Part shown: positions 39,855-49,542 of the stretch, one piece after another | Layout: each line of letters begins with the position of its first letter | How positions within the stretch are numbered: position 1 is the stretch's first letter | NCBI GenBank assembly: GCA_033764015.1 | Contig: JANRJK010000046.1 | Span: 32,001 to 96,000 of the forward strand | Direction of reading: 5' to 3' | DNA: 64,000 nt | From: Candidatus Sumerlaeia bacterium | GTDB taxonomy: Bacteria; Sumerlaeota; Sumerlaeia; SLMS01; JANRJK01 | Position numbers and translations under genes: made by a program | Notes under the pieces: generated by a model | What the model was told of the DNA's origin: nothing | Seen by the model: only the letters and a program-made list of their open reading frames with translations | Databases searched by the model: none

Positions 39855-42800
39855 ATGGACAACATCGAGAGGGCCCCCCCTTCTCTCGAAAACATCCCCG
39901 TCCCCGGGGACCTGCCGCACGATTCGCTGGTTTCCTACAACCCGCACAAGTCGCGCTTCACGCCGCGCGGCGGCACGGGCGACGGGCCCGAGACCGGCAT
40001 CGCGGAGCACTTGGAGACCGAGGCGATCCCGGCGCAAAGCCCCGTGCCGCAGTGGCCCGACGACGATTCGGCCGAGACGCACTCGCCGCCGCCGGACCTC
40101 CCGGTAGCGCCGGAAGTCGCGGAGCAACCCGGCGCGCCGCCGAAGTCCGCGCGGCGCCACCGCCTGGTGCGCCTGATCGGGCGCGGCGGCTGCGGCGAGG
40201 TGTGGGAGGCGGTGCAGATCGAGCTGGACCGCCCGGTCGCGGTGAAGACGCTCCGCGGCGACCGCATGGCCGAGTGCTCCTCGCCGGAGGAGCGCGCGAT
40301 CCTCGTGCGCAACTTCCGCGAGGAGGCGCTCGTCTCCGCCCGCCTCGACCATCCGAACATCGTGCCGGTGTACGACTACGGCACGGGGCAGGGCGCGTCG
40401 CCGGAGCTGTCCATGAAGCTGGTGCGCGGGCGCCAGTGGGACCGGCTGCTGAAGGAGGAGCGCCCGCAGCTTTCCTTCGACGATTTCCTCGCGCGCCACC
40501 TCCCCGTCCTGTCCGACGTGGCGAACGCGGTGGCCTTCGCCCACTCCCGAGGCATCGTGCACCGCGACATCAAGCCGTCGCAGGTGATGGTGGGCGACTT
40601 CGGCGAAGTGCTCCTGATGGACTGGGGCCTCGCGATGGTGCTGAGCGACGACGGCGGGGCGGCCGCCGCGGTGGACGACGAGCAGCCCTCGTGGTTCTCG
40701 CTGCCGACGCGCGCGAACGCCAGCAGCCCCGCCGGCACGCCCGCCTACATGGCGCCGGAGCAGACCCGCGGGCAGGCCACCGGCGTCGGCGTCTGGACCG
40801 ACGTGTACCTGCTCGGCGGCTCCCTCTACTACGTCCTGACCGGCGTGGCGCCGCACGAGAGCGCCCAGTCGCACCAGGCCTTCATGCGCGCCGCGGTGGG
40901 CGACGTGGAGGACCCCCGCACGCTCTTCCCCCGCGCCGGCATCCCGGACGACCTCGCGGAGCTGGCGCTCGCGTCGCTCGCCGCGGATCCCGCCGCGCGG
41001 CTCGCCAGCGCCGAGGAGTTCGTCCGCCGGCTGGACGACTGGGTGAGCGGCGCGAGCCGCCGCCGAGAGTCGCAGCAGATCACGCGGCGGCTCGCCGGCG
41101 AAGCCGCCGCCATGCGCGGCACCTACTCCGCGCACGAGGCGTTCCTCAACGAGGCGCACCGCGCGGCGGGCCTCTGGCCCGCGAACCCGGAGACCCCGCC
41201 GCTCCGCCGCGAAGCCCTCGCCGCCTACGCGGAGCTCGCGCTCGGAAAGGGCGACCTGCTGCTAGCGCTCACGCAGGCGGAGCAGCTCGACGACGCGCTC
41301 GCGCAGGGCGACCTCTACCGGCGCATCGAGGCGGCGAAGCAGCAGCGGCTCCGCACCCGCCGCGCGCTCCGCTACTCCGTCGCGGCAGTCGCCATGCTGC
41401 TCGCGACGGTCCTCGTCGGCGGCGGCCTCTCGCTCCGCCGCATCAACCGCGAGCGCAACGAGGCGGTGACGCAGAAGAACATCGCGACGGGGGCGCTGAG
41501 CGCCGCGGAGACAGCCCGCGTCGAGGCCGAGCGCCAGCGCGCCAAGGCGGGCGACGAGCAGCTCTACGCGCAGATCCGCTACGCCACCTCGCTGGTCGAT
41601 GCGGGCCGCCACGAACTCGCCCGCGACGTCCTCTGGAGCATCCCCGAGGAAGCCCGCGACTGGGAGTGGGCCTACCTCCTCGACCGCTCGCACCAGACGC
41701 TCGCCGAGTTCCCGTTCCCGGTGACCGAGGTCAGCGCCGGAGGGAGCTACTTCTACTCGGACCTGGGCGACGGCACGGTGCGCGTGCGCGACACCATGGC
41801 GGGCGCGCTGGTGGCCGATCTGGACTGCGACACGACCTCCGTGATGATCCTCGCGGCCCCGGAGGACACGCACATCGACATCGTCGCCGGCACCCGGCTG
41901 TTGCGCTTCGCGCCGCCGGAGTGGAAGCGCCAGATCGTGGCGGAGCTCCCCGCCCCGCCGATGCACTCCCGCCGCACCTACGGCGACGGGAACATCGCGA
42001 TGCTGTACCCGGACGGCTCCGCGGCGGTGCACGAGGCGACTACCGGAAAGCTACGCTTTGCGACTCCGCCGGTGCCGTTGGAGCCGCTCGCCATCGACGG
42101 CGACGACCACTCGGACCGGCTCCTCGTGGCATACAAGACGTTCTTCCGCATCCACCGCCTGAGCGACGGTTCGGAGGAGACCTCGATCTCCGCGTGGACG
42201 AACGCGGTGTACAGCGCGGGGCTCTCCAACGAAGGGCACTCCATCGCGATCCAGTCCGGCGACGCGACGCAGCTCTACGACCTGGACAGGAACGCGCACT
42301 TCCAGACCTATCTCCTGGGCACGCGGATGCACACGCATCCCCGGGCGAACACCTTGATCATCGGCCCGATGCTCGCCTCCGCCCACAACGCCGAATGGCG
42401 CGGCCTGTTGCCCGTGGGGCGCGCGGAAGCAACACGCGCGAAGTACGTGCATCCCGCGTTCGCCTGCTACTGGGGAGGCGCAAATGGCGAGGCCGGCGTC
42501 ATCGCCGCGGACCTGCGGCAGGTCGCGGAGCTGCGCGGCTTCCCCGGCCAGGTGGCGAACATGTGGGCGACGATCACGGACATCCCCGAACGCGTCGACC
42601 GCGTGTTCTCGACGACGACCGACGGCTCCACGCAGGTGTGGCCGGGCACCCCGCTGAAGTCCATCGCCGACCTGCCCGGGCAGTGGAGCAGCTTCCGCGA
42701 GGACGGCCGCTTCGCGGTGTCCATCGGGACCTTCGACGCCCGCATCACGGACATCGAGAGCGGCTCGGCGTTCCGCCGCGTCGGCAGGCTCTTCAGCCTC

Positions 42801-44681
42801 TACCGCGGCATCCACATCGCCGAGGAGCGCGACCGCATCCTCACCTTCGGCTACGCCCGCGCCTTCGGCGATTGCTTCGGCTGGGAGGTGCGCACCCACA
42901 AGACCGGCGAGCACCTCCGCTGGGTGAAGGTCGGCGAGAAGCCCAGCACGCTTCCCTACCTGTGGAACACGAGCCCCGACGACGGCCGCGCGGTGCTCTT
43001 CTGGGAAGCGGGGGGGCCGGGCCTCATCCTCGACACCGAGGACGGCGCGCTCGCGGGAACGATCCCGCCGACCGCCGCCCCCGCCACCGCCATGCATTTC
43101 ACCAAGGCGCACACCGCCATCGTCGGGCACAACGACGGCGTCCTGGTGGAGACGGAGCTGGCCGACGGGCGCGAGCGCCGGCGCCTCGACACCGGCGCGC
43201 CCGTCTGGGCCCTGCGGCTCCACAGCGCGGAGCGGCGCCTGTACGTGAGCGGCGGCGACCGGCGGGTGCGCGCGTACTCCTGGGGCGCGGAGGCACCCGT
43301 CCTCCTCCGCGAGCTGCCCGCCGGGGACCAGCCGGCGGTGCTCCTCGACCTCTCCGAAGACGGCAGCCGCCTGCTCGCGCTCACCGACGCGAACGAAGTC
43401 GTGGTCTGGTCCACCGCGGACGGCGCGGAGCTCCTGCGCTTCCGCATCGACTCCGCCGTGCACCGAATACAGCTCAACCAGGAGGGCACACGCATCTTCG
43501 GCCTGGGCGACGGCACCCTCGGCGTCTGGGACATGCAGGGCCGCGAAGTCGCCCGCGTGAAGGACGCGATCGACGTGAGCCTCAAGTCGCGTCGCCTCAT
43601 CCTGCGCACCTCCGTCGCACGCATGTCCCGCGACGTGGTGATCGAGCTGCCGCCCCACAGGGCGGAGGACTTCCCCGGCGACGCCGGAATGCCGCTCCAG
43701 GACCGGTTCGAACTCTGGCGCCGCGAGCAGCATCGCAACTGGTGGAGGCGAAAGGCGGTGGAAGCGGCCCCCTCCAGCATCCCGGCGGTTCGCGCATCCC
43801 TCCGCGGGACCGTGGCCCAGAACGGCCGCCAGCTCATCGGCGACCTGGACAGCATGGTGCTGGACCTCGTCGGCCGTGTCCGGCACGAGAATCCAGCGCT
43901 AGGCGAGCTGTTCCAGAAGATGGGCGCCCTCTACACCGCCGAGCCGGACCACGACTGGCATCACTTCGCGAACGGCTACTGGGACAACATCCCCGACAGC
44001 GAGTTCGACCCGGAGCCCACGCACAGCCTACTGCGCGCGGCGGCGCCGTACACGGAACTGCGGGCCATGAAACAAGCCGAGACCTTCAGCCGCCAACCCT
44101 TCGAGCACGCCCCCTGGGCGCGCGGAAGCTACGCCACCCAGCTGGAAGTCCTCGGCCACCCGGAGCTGGCGAGGGCGCTCCTCCGCCGATCTTCCGCGCT
44201 GATGTCCACCCAGGGATACTATGAGAACCGGCCCTCGCAGCTCCGGCGCCTGCGCATGGGAGCCGCCGACATCCCGAAACCACCGGAGAAGATCAAGGTC
44301 CGGCCGGGCACCGGCTTCGACTACGTGCGGAACGGATCCCTCGGGGACTACCTCGACCTCGCCCCCGAAGGCCGGTCGCCGGAGGCCCACGAAGCGGCCC
44401 GCAACGCCATCTTCGAACAGATGCAGAAGGACATCCTCGACTGGGTCGACGAGGTCGCGCCGATGCCGGACTTCACTGCGGCGAAGGCCGCAGCGAAGGC
44501 GAAGTTCCCGCCCCCGCCACCCGGCGATCTGCCGCTCACCGAGTTCATGGGCGACGTGCTCGACCGCCTCGAACGCGGACAGCTCGGCGGCATGACCCGC
44601 GACGAGGCCATCGAGGAAGCTAGCCGACGCTTCGACGAATCCGTCGCGAAGGCGGAAGCGGAGCGCGCGGTACAGGAGTGA
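39855..44681 (+). CDS. membrane Ser/Thr protein kinase with WD40/beta-propeller C-terminus
   Basis: IGRGGCGEV, HRDIKPSQ, DWG, GTPAYMAPEQ; one TM helix; RDWEWAYL linker then WD40-like repeats (DGSTQVW, DGTLGVWD). Confidence 0.9.
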   Translation: MDNIERAPPSLENIPVPGDLPHDSLVSYNPHKSRFTPRGGTGDGPETGIAEHLETEAIPAQSPVPQWPDDDSAETHSPPPDLPVAPEVAEQPGAPPKSARRHRLVRLIGRGGCGEVWEAVQIELDRPVAVKTLRGDRMAECSSPEERAILVRNFREEALVSARLDHPNIVPVYDYGTGQGASPELSMKLVRGRQWDRLLKEERPQLSFDDFLARHLPVLSDVANAVAFAHSRGIVHRDIKPSQVMVGDFGEVLLMDWGLAMVLSDDGGAAAAVDDEQPSWFSLPTRANASSPAGTPAYMAPEQTRGQATGVGVWTDVYLLGGSLYYVLTGVAPHESAQSHQAFMRAAVGDVEDPRTLFPRAGIPDDLAELALASLAADPAARLASAEEFVRRLDDWVSGASRRRESQQITRRLAGEAAAMRGTYSAHEAFLNEAHRAAGLWPANPETPPLRREALAAYAELALGKGDLLLALTQAEQLDDALAQGDLYRRIEAAKQQRLRTRRALRYSVAAVAMLLATVLVGGGLSLRRINRERNEAVTQKNIATGALSAAETARVEAERQRAKAGDEQLYAQIRYATSLVDAGRHELARDVLWSIPEEARDWEWAYLLDRSHQTLAEFPFPVTEVSAGGSYFYSDLGDGTVRVRDTMAGALVADLDCDTTSVMILAAPEDTHIDIVAGTRLLRFAPPEWKRQIVAELPAPPMHSRRTYGDGNIAMLYPDGSAAVHEATTGKLRFATPPVPLEPLAIDGDDHSDRLLVAYKTFFRIHRLSDGSEETSISAWTNAVYSAGLSNEGHSIAIQSGDATQLYDLDRNAHFQTYLLGTRMHTHPRANTLIIGPMLASAHNAEWRGLLPVGRAEATRAKYVHPAFACYWGGANGEAGVIAADLRQVAELRGFPGQVANMWATITDIPERVDRVFSTTTDGSTQVWPGTPLKSIADLPGQWSSFREDGRFAVSIGTFDARITDIESGSAFRRVGRLFSLYRGIHIAEERDRILTFGYARAFGDCFGWEVRTHKTGEHLRWVKVGEKPSTLPYLWNTSPDDGRAVLFWEAGGPGLILDTEDGALAGTIPPTAAPATAMHFTKAHTAIVGHNDGVLVETELADGRERRRLDTGAPVWALRLHSAERRLYVSGGDRRVRAYSWGAEAPVLLRELPAGDQPAVLLDLSEDGSRLLALTDANEVVVWSTADGAELLRFRIDSAVHRIQLNQEGTRIFGLGDGTLGVWDMQGREVARVKDAIDVSLKSRRLILRTSVARMSRDVVIELPPHRAEDFPGDAGMPLQDRFELWRREQHRNWWRRKAVEAAPSSIPAVRASLRGTVAQNGRQLIGDLDSMVLDLVGRVRHENPALGELFQKMGALYTAEPDHDWHHFANGYWDNIPDSEFDPEPTHSLLRAAAPYTELRAMKQAETFSRQPFEHAPWARGSYATQLEVLGHPELARALLRRSSALMSTQGYYENRPSQLRRLRMGAADIPKPPEKIKVRPGTGFDYVRNGSLGDYLDLAPEGRSPEAHEAARNAIFEQMQKDILDWVDEVAPMPDFTAAKAAAKAKFPPPPPGDLPLTEFMGDVLDRLERGQLGGMTRDEAIEEASRRFDESVAKAEAERAVQE

Positions 44682-45676
44682 ACGCCTGGACACGCACCCG
44701 GTACGGCGGCCCCGGGGTGCTTTCCTTCCGCGAGGTGCCCGCGCCCGCGCCCGGCGCAGGCGAAGTCGCCGTCCGGGTCCGCGCGGCGTCGGTCAACGCC
44801 GCCGACCGCTACATCCTCCACGGCCGCCCGCGCGTGGCGCGCGTGGTCTTTGGCATCGGACGCCCGAACACCACGCGCCTCGGCTGCGACTTCGCCGGCG
44901 AGGTCGAGTCCGTCGGCCCCGGCGCCTCGCGCTTCCGCCCCGGCGACCGCGTGTTCGGATCGGTCCGCGACGAGTTCAAGGCCGACATCGACCGCGCGTT
45001 CGGCGAGCGCGTCGTCACGCCGGGAGCGCTCCTCGCGCCAGTCCCCGAAGGCGCCACCTTCGCCGCGGCCGCCGCCTTGCCGACCGCCGGCATGACGGCG
45101 CTGCGCGGCATCGAAGCGGCCGGCGCGCGCATCGGCGCCGGCGCGCGCGTGCTCGTCACCGGAGCCACCGGCGGCGTCGGCGGCTTCGCGGTCCAGCTCG
45201 CCGCCGCCCGCGGCGCCGAAGTGGCCGCCGTCTGCTCCGCCGAAGCCGCGGACCTCGCCCGCGCGAACGGCGCGTCCCGCGTGATCGACCGCGCCCGCGA
45301 GGACTGGCTCGGCGAGGCCGCCGCCTTCGACGCGATCCTCGACGTCGCCGCCGCGCGCCCGCTCCGCGAGAACCTCCGCGCGCTCCGCCCCGGAGGCGTT
45401 TACGTCCATCTCGGCTCGGTGGACCGCGGCGGCTACTTCTCGCCGCTCACCGGCGTCCTGCTGCACTCCGCGCTGCGCCACGCCCTCGGCGACGCACGCG
45501 TCCGCCTGGTCACGCAAACGCCCGAGCAGCGCCTGCTCGCGGAACTCGCCTCGATGCTCGCGGCGGGCACCCTGCGCCCCGCCCTCGACAGCACCTTCGC
45601 CCTCGCCGACCTCCCCCGCGCACTCGACCGCTTCGAGCGCCGAGGCGTGCGCGGAAAGATTTTGGTGGAGGGGTAG
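44678..45676 (+). CDS. NAD(P)-dependent MDR-family oxidoreductase (quinone reductase-like)
   Basis: AASVNAAD, GCDFAGEV, VTGATGGVG, RGKILV. Confidence 0.88.
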   Translation: MNAWTRTRYGGPGVLSFREVPAPAPGAGEVAVRVRAASVNAADRYILHGRPRVARVVFGIGRPNTTRLGCDFAGEVESVGPGASRFRPGDRVFGSVRDEFKADIDRAFGERVVTPGALLAPVPEGATFAAAAALPTAGMTALRGIEAAGARIGAGARVLVTGATGGVGGFAVQLAAARGAEVAAVCSAEAADLARANGASRVIDRAREDWLGEAAAFDAILDVAAARPLRENLRALRPGGVYVHLGSVDRGGYFSPLTGVLLHSALRHALGDARVRLVTQTPEQRLLAELASMLAAGTLRPALDSTFALADLPRALDRFERRGVRGKILVEG

Positions 45677-45690
45677 GGGCGGGACGAGAG

Positions 45691-46881
45691 TCAATTCGCA
45701 GCTCGCCCCACCTTCCAATGATAGTCGATTCGAAAGACATCAATCGGGGGCGAGTTACCCGATTCGATATCTCGGAGTGTCTGCGCCCAGCGCATGGCAT
45801 GGATCGTTAGCAGGTTGTCGATGTTTTGCTCCCCGTTGATCTTTTCTCCAAGCGCCTCAGACTCCGCCTCAGTGAGCATCCGAGGGCGGTGCTGACCAAA
45901 TCCGATCGGAACCGGCTCTCGCGCTCCCAACGGGATCCTCGCGAAACTACTTTTGCGCTCAATCGGCGATGGATCGCAGATGAGGATTGCGCCCCGCAGG
46001 CAGTTCGCGGAAGTTGAATTCAGAACTTCTGAGACTTTGAAGTCGACATGATACATGCCGAAGTACTCAACCCGGCATACGAGCTCCCCCCCTTCTTCAA
46101 AGAAACGAATCACATGGCTGACCAATCCAAACGGCGCCGGTTCGTCGAGTCGACGGTGTGCAGGTCTCGAGGCAAGCACCTCAAGAGCGTTAGCACCTTT
46201 CAACAGCAGCGGAAAGCGAGCCAAAAGGGCGTCCGTCACGTGCCCCAAGAACGCCAGACTTTCAAGCGCAATCTTCGCTCCGAGAACATCCAGCGGAGCC
46301 TTGAATGTTGACATGTCAAAGCTCTTAGCCATAAGAAAACTAAAACCTGGGACCAGCGTGAGACGATTGTCAGCAAACTGGATTCCAGCGCCGTGAGCGA
46401 CGAGCTGATCCAAATCTCCTCCGGCAATCTCACATATGTCTCCCTCCCCGTCGAACTCGTACCTTGGCTTAGTGGCTTCGTAATTCGTTGACTTCCCGAG
46501 GCTGGGAGACATTCTGCCCTCGATATCAAACTCGGGCCGTCCTAGCGGATCGCCCGAGGGCTTCTGCGGAGCTTGCTTGGATGCGCTCGATTCGGGATCA
46601 CGTCCTCGAACCCTGTGACCCTCCGGTGGCTTCCCGCTGTTCGCGTTTATTCCAAGAAGAAGTCGATGCAGATAAAAGAGTTCGTGATCGACTGCCTTAC
46701 TTTCAATCAACCCTCCTATCTCGGAATTACATACCTTGCAAACTGGAACGACAAACTCTAGCGATCCCCCTAACTTTCTAGGTATGACATGCCCCCTCCA
46801 GCGGCCTTTACGCTTCTGGACTTCATCCGTGCAGTAGAGGCACCTGCTCGTATTGCTGTCTTTGAGGTTCTTCATTTGCAT
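45691..46881 (-). CDS. HNH endonuclease domain protein
   Basis: CLYC...GHVIPRKLGG...VCKVCNSEIG; low-GC codon usage; AAAGGAG RBS. Confidence 0.7.
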   Translation of the reverse strand: MQMKNLKDSNTSRCLYCTDEVQKRKGRWRGHVIPRKLGGSLEFVVPVCKVCNSEIGGLIESKAVDHELFYLHRLLLGINANSGKPPEGHRVRGRDPESSASKQAPQKPSGDPLGRPEFDIEGRMSPSLGKSTNYEATKPRYEFDGEGDICEIAGGDLDQLVAHGAGIQFADNRLTLVPGFSFLMAKSFDMSTFKAPLDVLGAKIALESLAFLGHVTDALLARFPLLLKGANALEVLASRPAHRRLDEPAPFGLVSHVIRFFEEGGELVCRVEYFGMYHVDFKVSEVLNSTSANCLRGAILICDPSPIERKSSFARIPLGAREPVPIGFGQHRPRMLTEAESEALGEKINGEQNIDNLLTIHAMRWAQTLRDIESGNSPPIDVFRIDYHWKVGRAAN

Positions 46882-47199
46882 ACTCCTTTGGGAGACCTGA
46901 TCGACTACGTTGCGCTGTTGGCTTCGCCCGGATTCATGGACATTCCCTGCCGCGAGCAGGACTAGGCGATGACTTGCTCGGTGTGTCTCCGCCCAGAATC
47001 CCGAGTAGGAAATCTGTCGTCTCGGGTCCCGTCAACGGGAACCCTTTCGATCCGAACGGCGCGTTCGCATTCCCGACGTTCGCGCTAGCCCTTTGGGTGA
47101 ACGGCTCCGGGGCATCGGTTCTCCCCTTATCCCCCCGGCGCGGGCGACAGCATCCACCGCCGCGCCACCCGCGGCAAGGTCGTGGTGGCGGCGTAAGGG

Positions 47200-48732
47200 C
47201 TACACCCCCAACCGGTCCAAGCTCCTGTACTGCACCGCTTCGCTGACGTGGCTGGGCGAGATGGTGTCGCTGGCGGCGAGGTCGGCGATGGTGCGCGCCA
47301 GTTTCCGCAACCGGTCGTAGGCGCGCGCGGAGAGGTTGAGCCGCTGGATCGCCGTCTCGAGCAGCTTCTGCGCGGCGGGTTCGAGGTGGCAGAACTCGTT
47401 CAGCTCCTTGGCCGACATGTGGCCGTTGGCGTGGATGCCGGCGCGTCCGCGGAAGCGTTCGCGCTGGCGTTCGCGGGCGGCGAGCACGCGGGCGCGCACC
47501 GCGCCGCTGCCCTCCGCCGCGCGCCGCTCGCGGAGCTGCTCCAGCGGCACCGCCGGCACCTCGACGTGCATGTCGATGCGGTCCAGCAGCGGGCCGCTGA
47601 TGCGCGAGAGGTACTTCTGCACCGCGACCGGCGAGCACACGCACGCGCGCGACGGATGCCCCGCTAAGCCGCACGGGCACGGGTTCATCGCCGCCACCAG
47701 CACGATCCGCGCGGGAAACGCGACCGACATCGCCGCGCGCGCTACCTGCACAACTCCATCCTCCAGGGGCTGGCGCAGAACTTCCAACGTGGTGCGGCTG
47801 AACTCGGGCAGCTCGTCCAGGAACAGCACGCCGTGGTGCGCGAGCGACACCTCGCCGGGGCGCGGCACGGGGCCGCCGCCGATCAGCGACACGGGGCTGG
47901 CGGTGTGGTGCGGCGCGCGGAAGGGGCGCGCGCGCAGCAGGCCCGACTTGGGCGGCAGCGCGCCCGCGATGCTGTGGATCTTCGACGCCTCGAGCGCCTC
48001 CTCGAACCCGAGCGGCGGCAGGATGCCGGGCAGCCGCCGCGCCAGCATGGTCTTGCCGCTGCCGGGCGGCCCGAGGAAGAGCAGGTTGTGCGAGCCCGCG
48101 GCGGCGATCTCGAGCGCGCGCTTCGCGCCCTCCTGCCCCTTCACGTCCTCGAGGTCGTCGCGGATCTCCTCGTCGCCGAAGACCGCCATCTCCGGTCGCG
48201 CGGGCGCGATCACCGACTGGCCGTTCAGGAAGTCCACCGCCTCGCGCAGCGTCGCCACGGGGATGATCTCGATGCCCTCCACGCAGGCGGCCTCGGCGGC
48301 GTTCTCCGCCGGGAGGAGTATCCGCGGGATGCCCTCGGCGCGGGCGCCCGCGGCGATCGGCAGCGCGCCGTGGAGCCGCTGGATCGTGCCGTCGAGGCCC
48401 AGCTCGCCGGCGGCGGCGAACGGCGCCTGCGACTTCAGCCGTCCCGTGGCCACCAGCGCGCCGAGCGCCATCGGCAGATCGAGGTGGCTGCCTTCCTTGC
48501 GCAGGTCCGCAGGCGCCAGGTTGATCGTCACGCGCTTCTGGAACAGGCCCACGCCGCTGTTCTTCAGCGCGGAGCGCAGCCGCTCGCGCGCCTCCTTGAT
48601 CGCCGCGTCGCCCAAGCCGACAATCGAATACGTCGACGGCGCATCGCCCGGCAATTCAGTGACGTCCACCTCGACCGAAACGGCCACGGCGTCCACACCG
48701 ACAATGGCAAGCGATGGAATGCGGGCGAGCAT
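47200..48732 (-). CDS. comM: ComM/YifB Mg-chelatase-like AAA+ ATPase
   Basis: IVGLGD..IKEARER, INLAPADLRKEG, GPPGSGKTMLA, RPFRAPHHTAS, GEVSLAHHGVLFLDELPEF, AAMNPCPCG, ISGPLLDRID. Confidence 0.95.
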   Translation of the reverse strand: MLARIPSLAIVGVDAVAVSVEVDVTELPGDAPSTYSIVGLGDAAIKEARERLRSALKNSGVGLFQKRVTINLAPADLRKEGSHLDLPMALGALVATGRLKSQAPFAAAGELGLDGTIQRLHGALPIAAGARAEGIPRILLPAENAAEAACVEGIEIIPVATLREAVDFLNGQSVIAPARPEMAVFGDEEIRDDLEDVKGQEGAKRALEIAAAGSHNLLFLGPPGSGKTMLARRLPGILPPLGFEEALEASKIHSIAGALPPKSGLLRARPFRAPHHTASPVSLIGGGPVPRPGEVSLAHHGVLFLDELPEFSRTTLEVLRQPLEDGVVQVARAAMSVAFPARIVLVAAMNPCPCGLAGHPSRACVCSPVAVQKYLSRISGPLLDRIDMHVEVPAVPLEQLRERRAAEGSGAVRARVLAARERQRERFRGRAGIHANGHMSAKELNEFCHLEPAAQKLLETAIQRLNLSARAYDRLRKLARTIADLAASDTISPSHVSEAVQYRSLDRLGV

Positions 48733-48735
48733 GGG

Positions 48736-49542
48736 TTAGGAGTCGGACTCGCGCTGCTGGTACCCACGGAGATCCGCCGAGGTGATCTCCGCTGCCCGCA
48801 CCAGCTTGTAGTGTCGTTGTTCGGCCACCGCGATGCGGTCCTCCTCGACGACGAGTTCAAACATCGCGAGGACGTCGTTCGGCATCGCCTTCACCGAAAC
48901 GAGCCTTGGAGTTAAGTCGGGAAAACGGGAGCGGCAGAACTCCCGATCTTGGAGGGTTTGGACAACGGAAACCTTGTCTCTTCCGGTCTTTGCCTGGACC
49001 GGCACGATGTACTGCGAACCGCCTCTGCTTGCACCAACATAGACCTCGTCGATCTCGATCTGGCCGAGGTCATCCACTTGCGTTCTCAAGTGATTTTGTA
49101 GCGAGTAGGCCACAATCTTCAAGAATAGATCAAGAAGTCGATTGTAGCGAATCTTGGCTAGGATGGCCTGCTCATCGGACTGCGCGTTTCCGAGGATGAT
49201 TTCCGGTGTGGCATCGGGTATCTTTATCACTTGCATGCTTGGGTCGGGATCGATGTTTGGACGCCTGAAAAGCTGAAACTCGTAGCGAGAGGGCCCCGCT
49301 AAGCGAATGATCCACTCCATATCGTCTGGTTGTGTTTCCAAAACGCTGTTGGGAAGGCTTGCTCGGAATCGAAAGGAATATACTAGATCGCCGAGATTCT
49401 TGATGCCGTCCTTCGCTGCAAGCTCTTCTATCTCGCTGCGCTCAAAGCAAAACGACTTGCGCGGCCGCTTCGGGTTGAAGTGGCGAAAGAAAAGCTCCTC
49501 AATGATCCTCGAGTACTTCCCCGGTTTCTTGGCCTCAGGCAC
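48736..49542 (-). CDS. putative type II restriction endonuclease
   Basis: AGGAGG RBS plus GTG start overlapping the MTase stop; EIDEVYVG...PVQAK resembles a PD-(D/E)xK variant. Confidence 0.7.
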   Translation of the reverse strand: MPEAKKPGKYSRIIEELFFRHFNPKRPRKSFCFERSEIEELAAKDGIKNLGDLVYSFRFRASLPNSVLETQPDDMEWIIRLAGPSRYEFQLFRRPNIDPDPSMQVIKIPDATPEIILGNAQSDEQAILAKIRYNRLLDLFLKIVAYSLQNHLRTQVDDLGQIEIDEVYVGASRGGSQYIVPVQAKTGRDKVSVVQTLQDREFCRSRFPDLTPRLVSVKAMPNDVLAMFELVVEEDRIAVAEQRHYKLVRAAEITSADLRGYQQRESDS

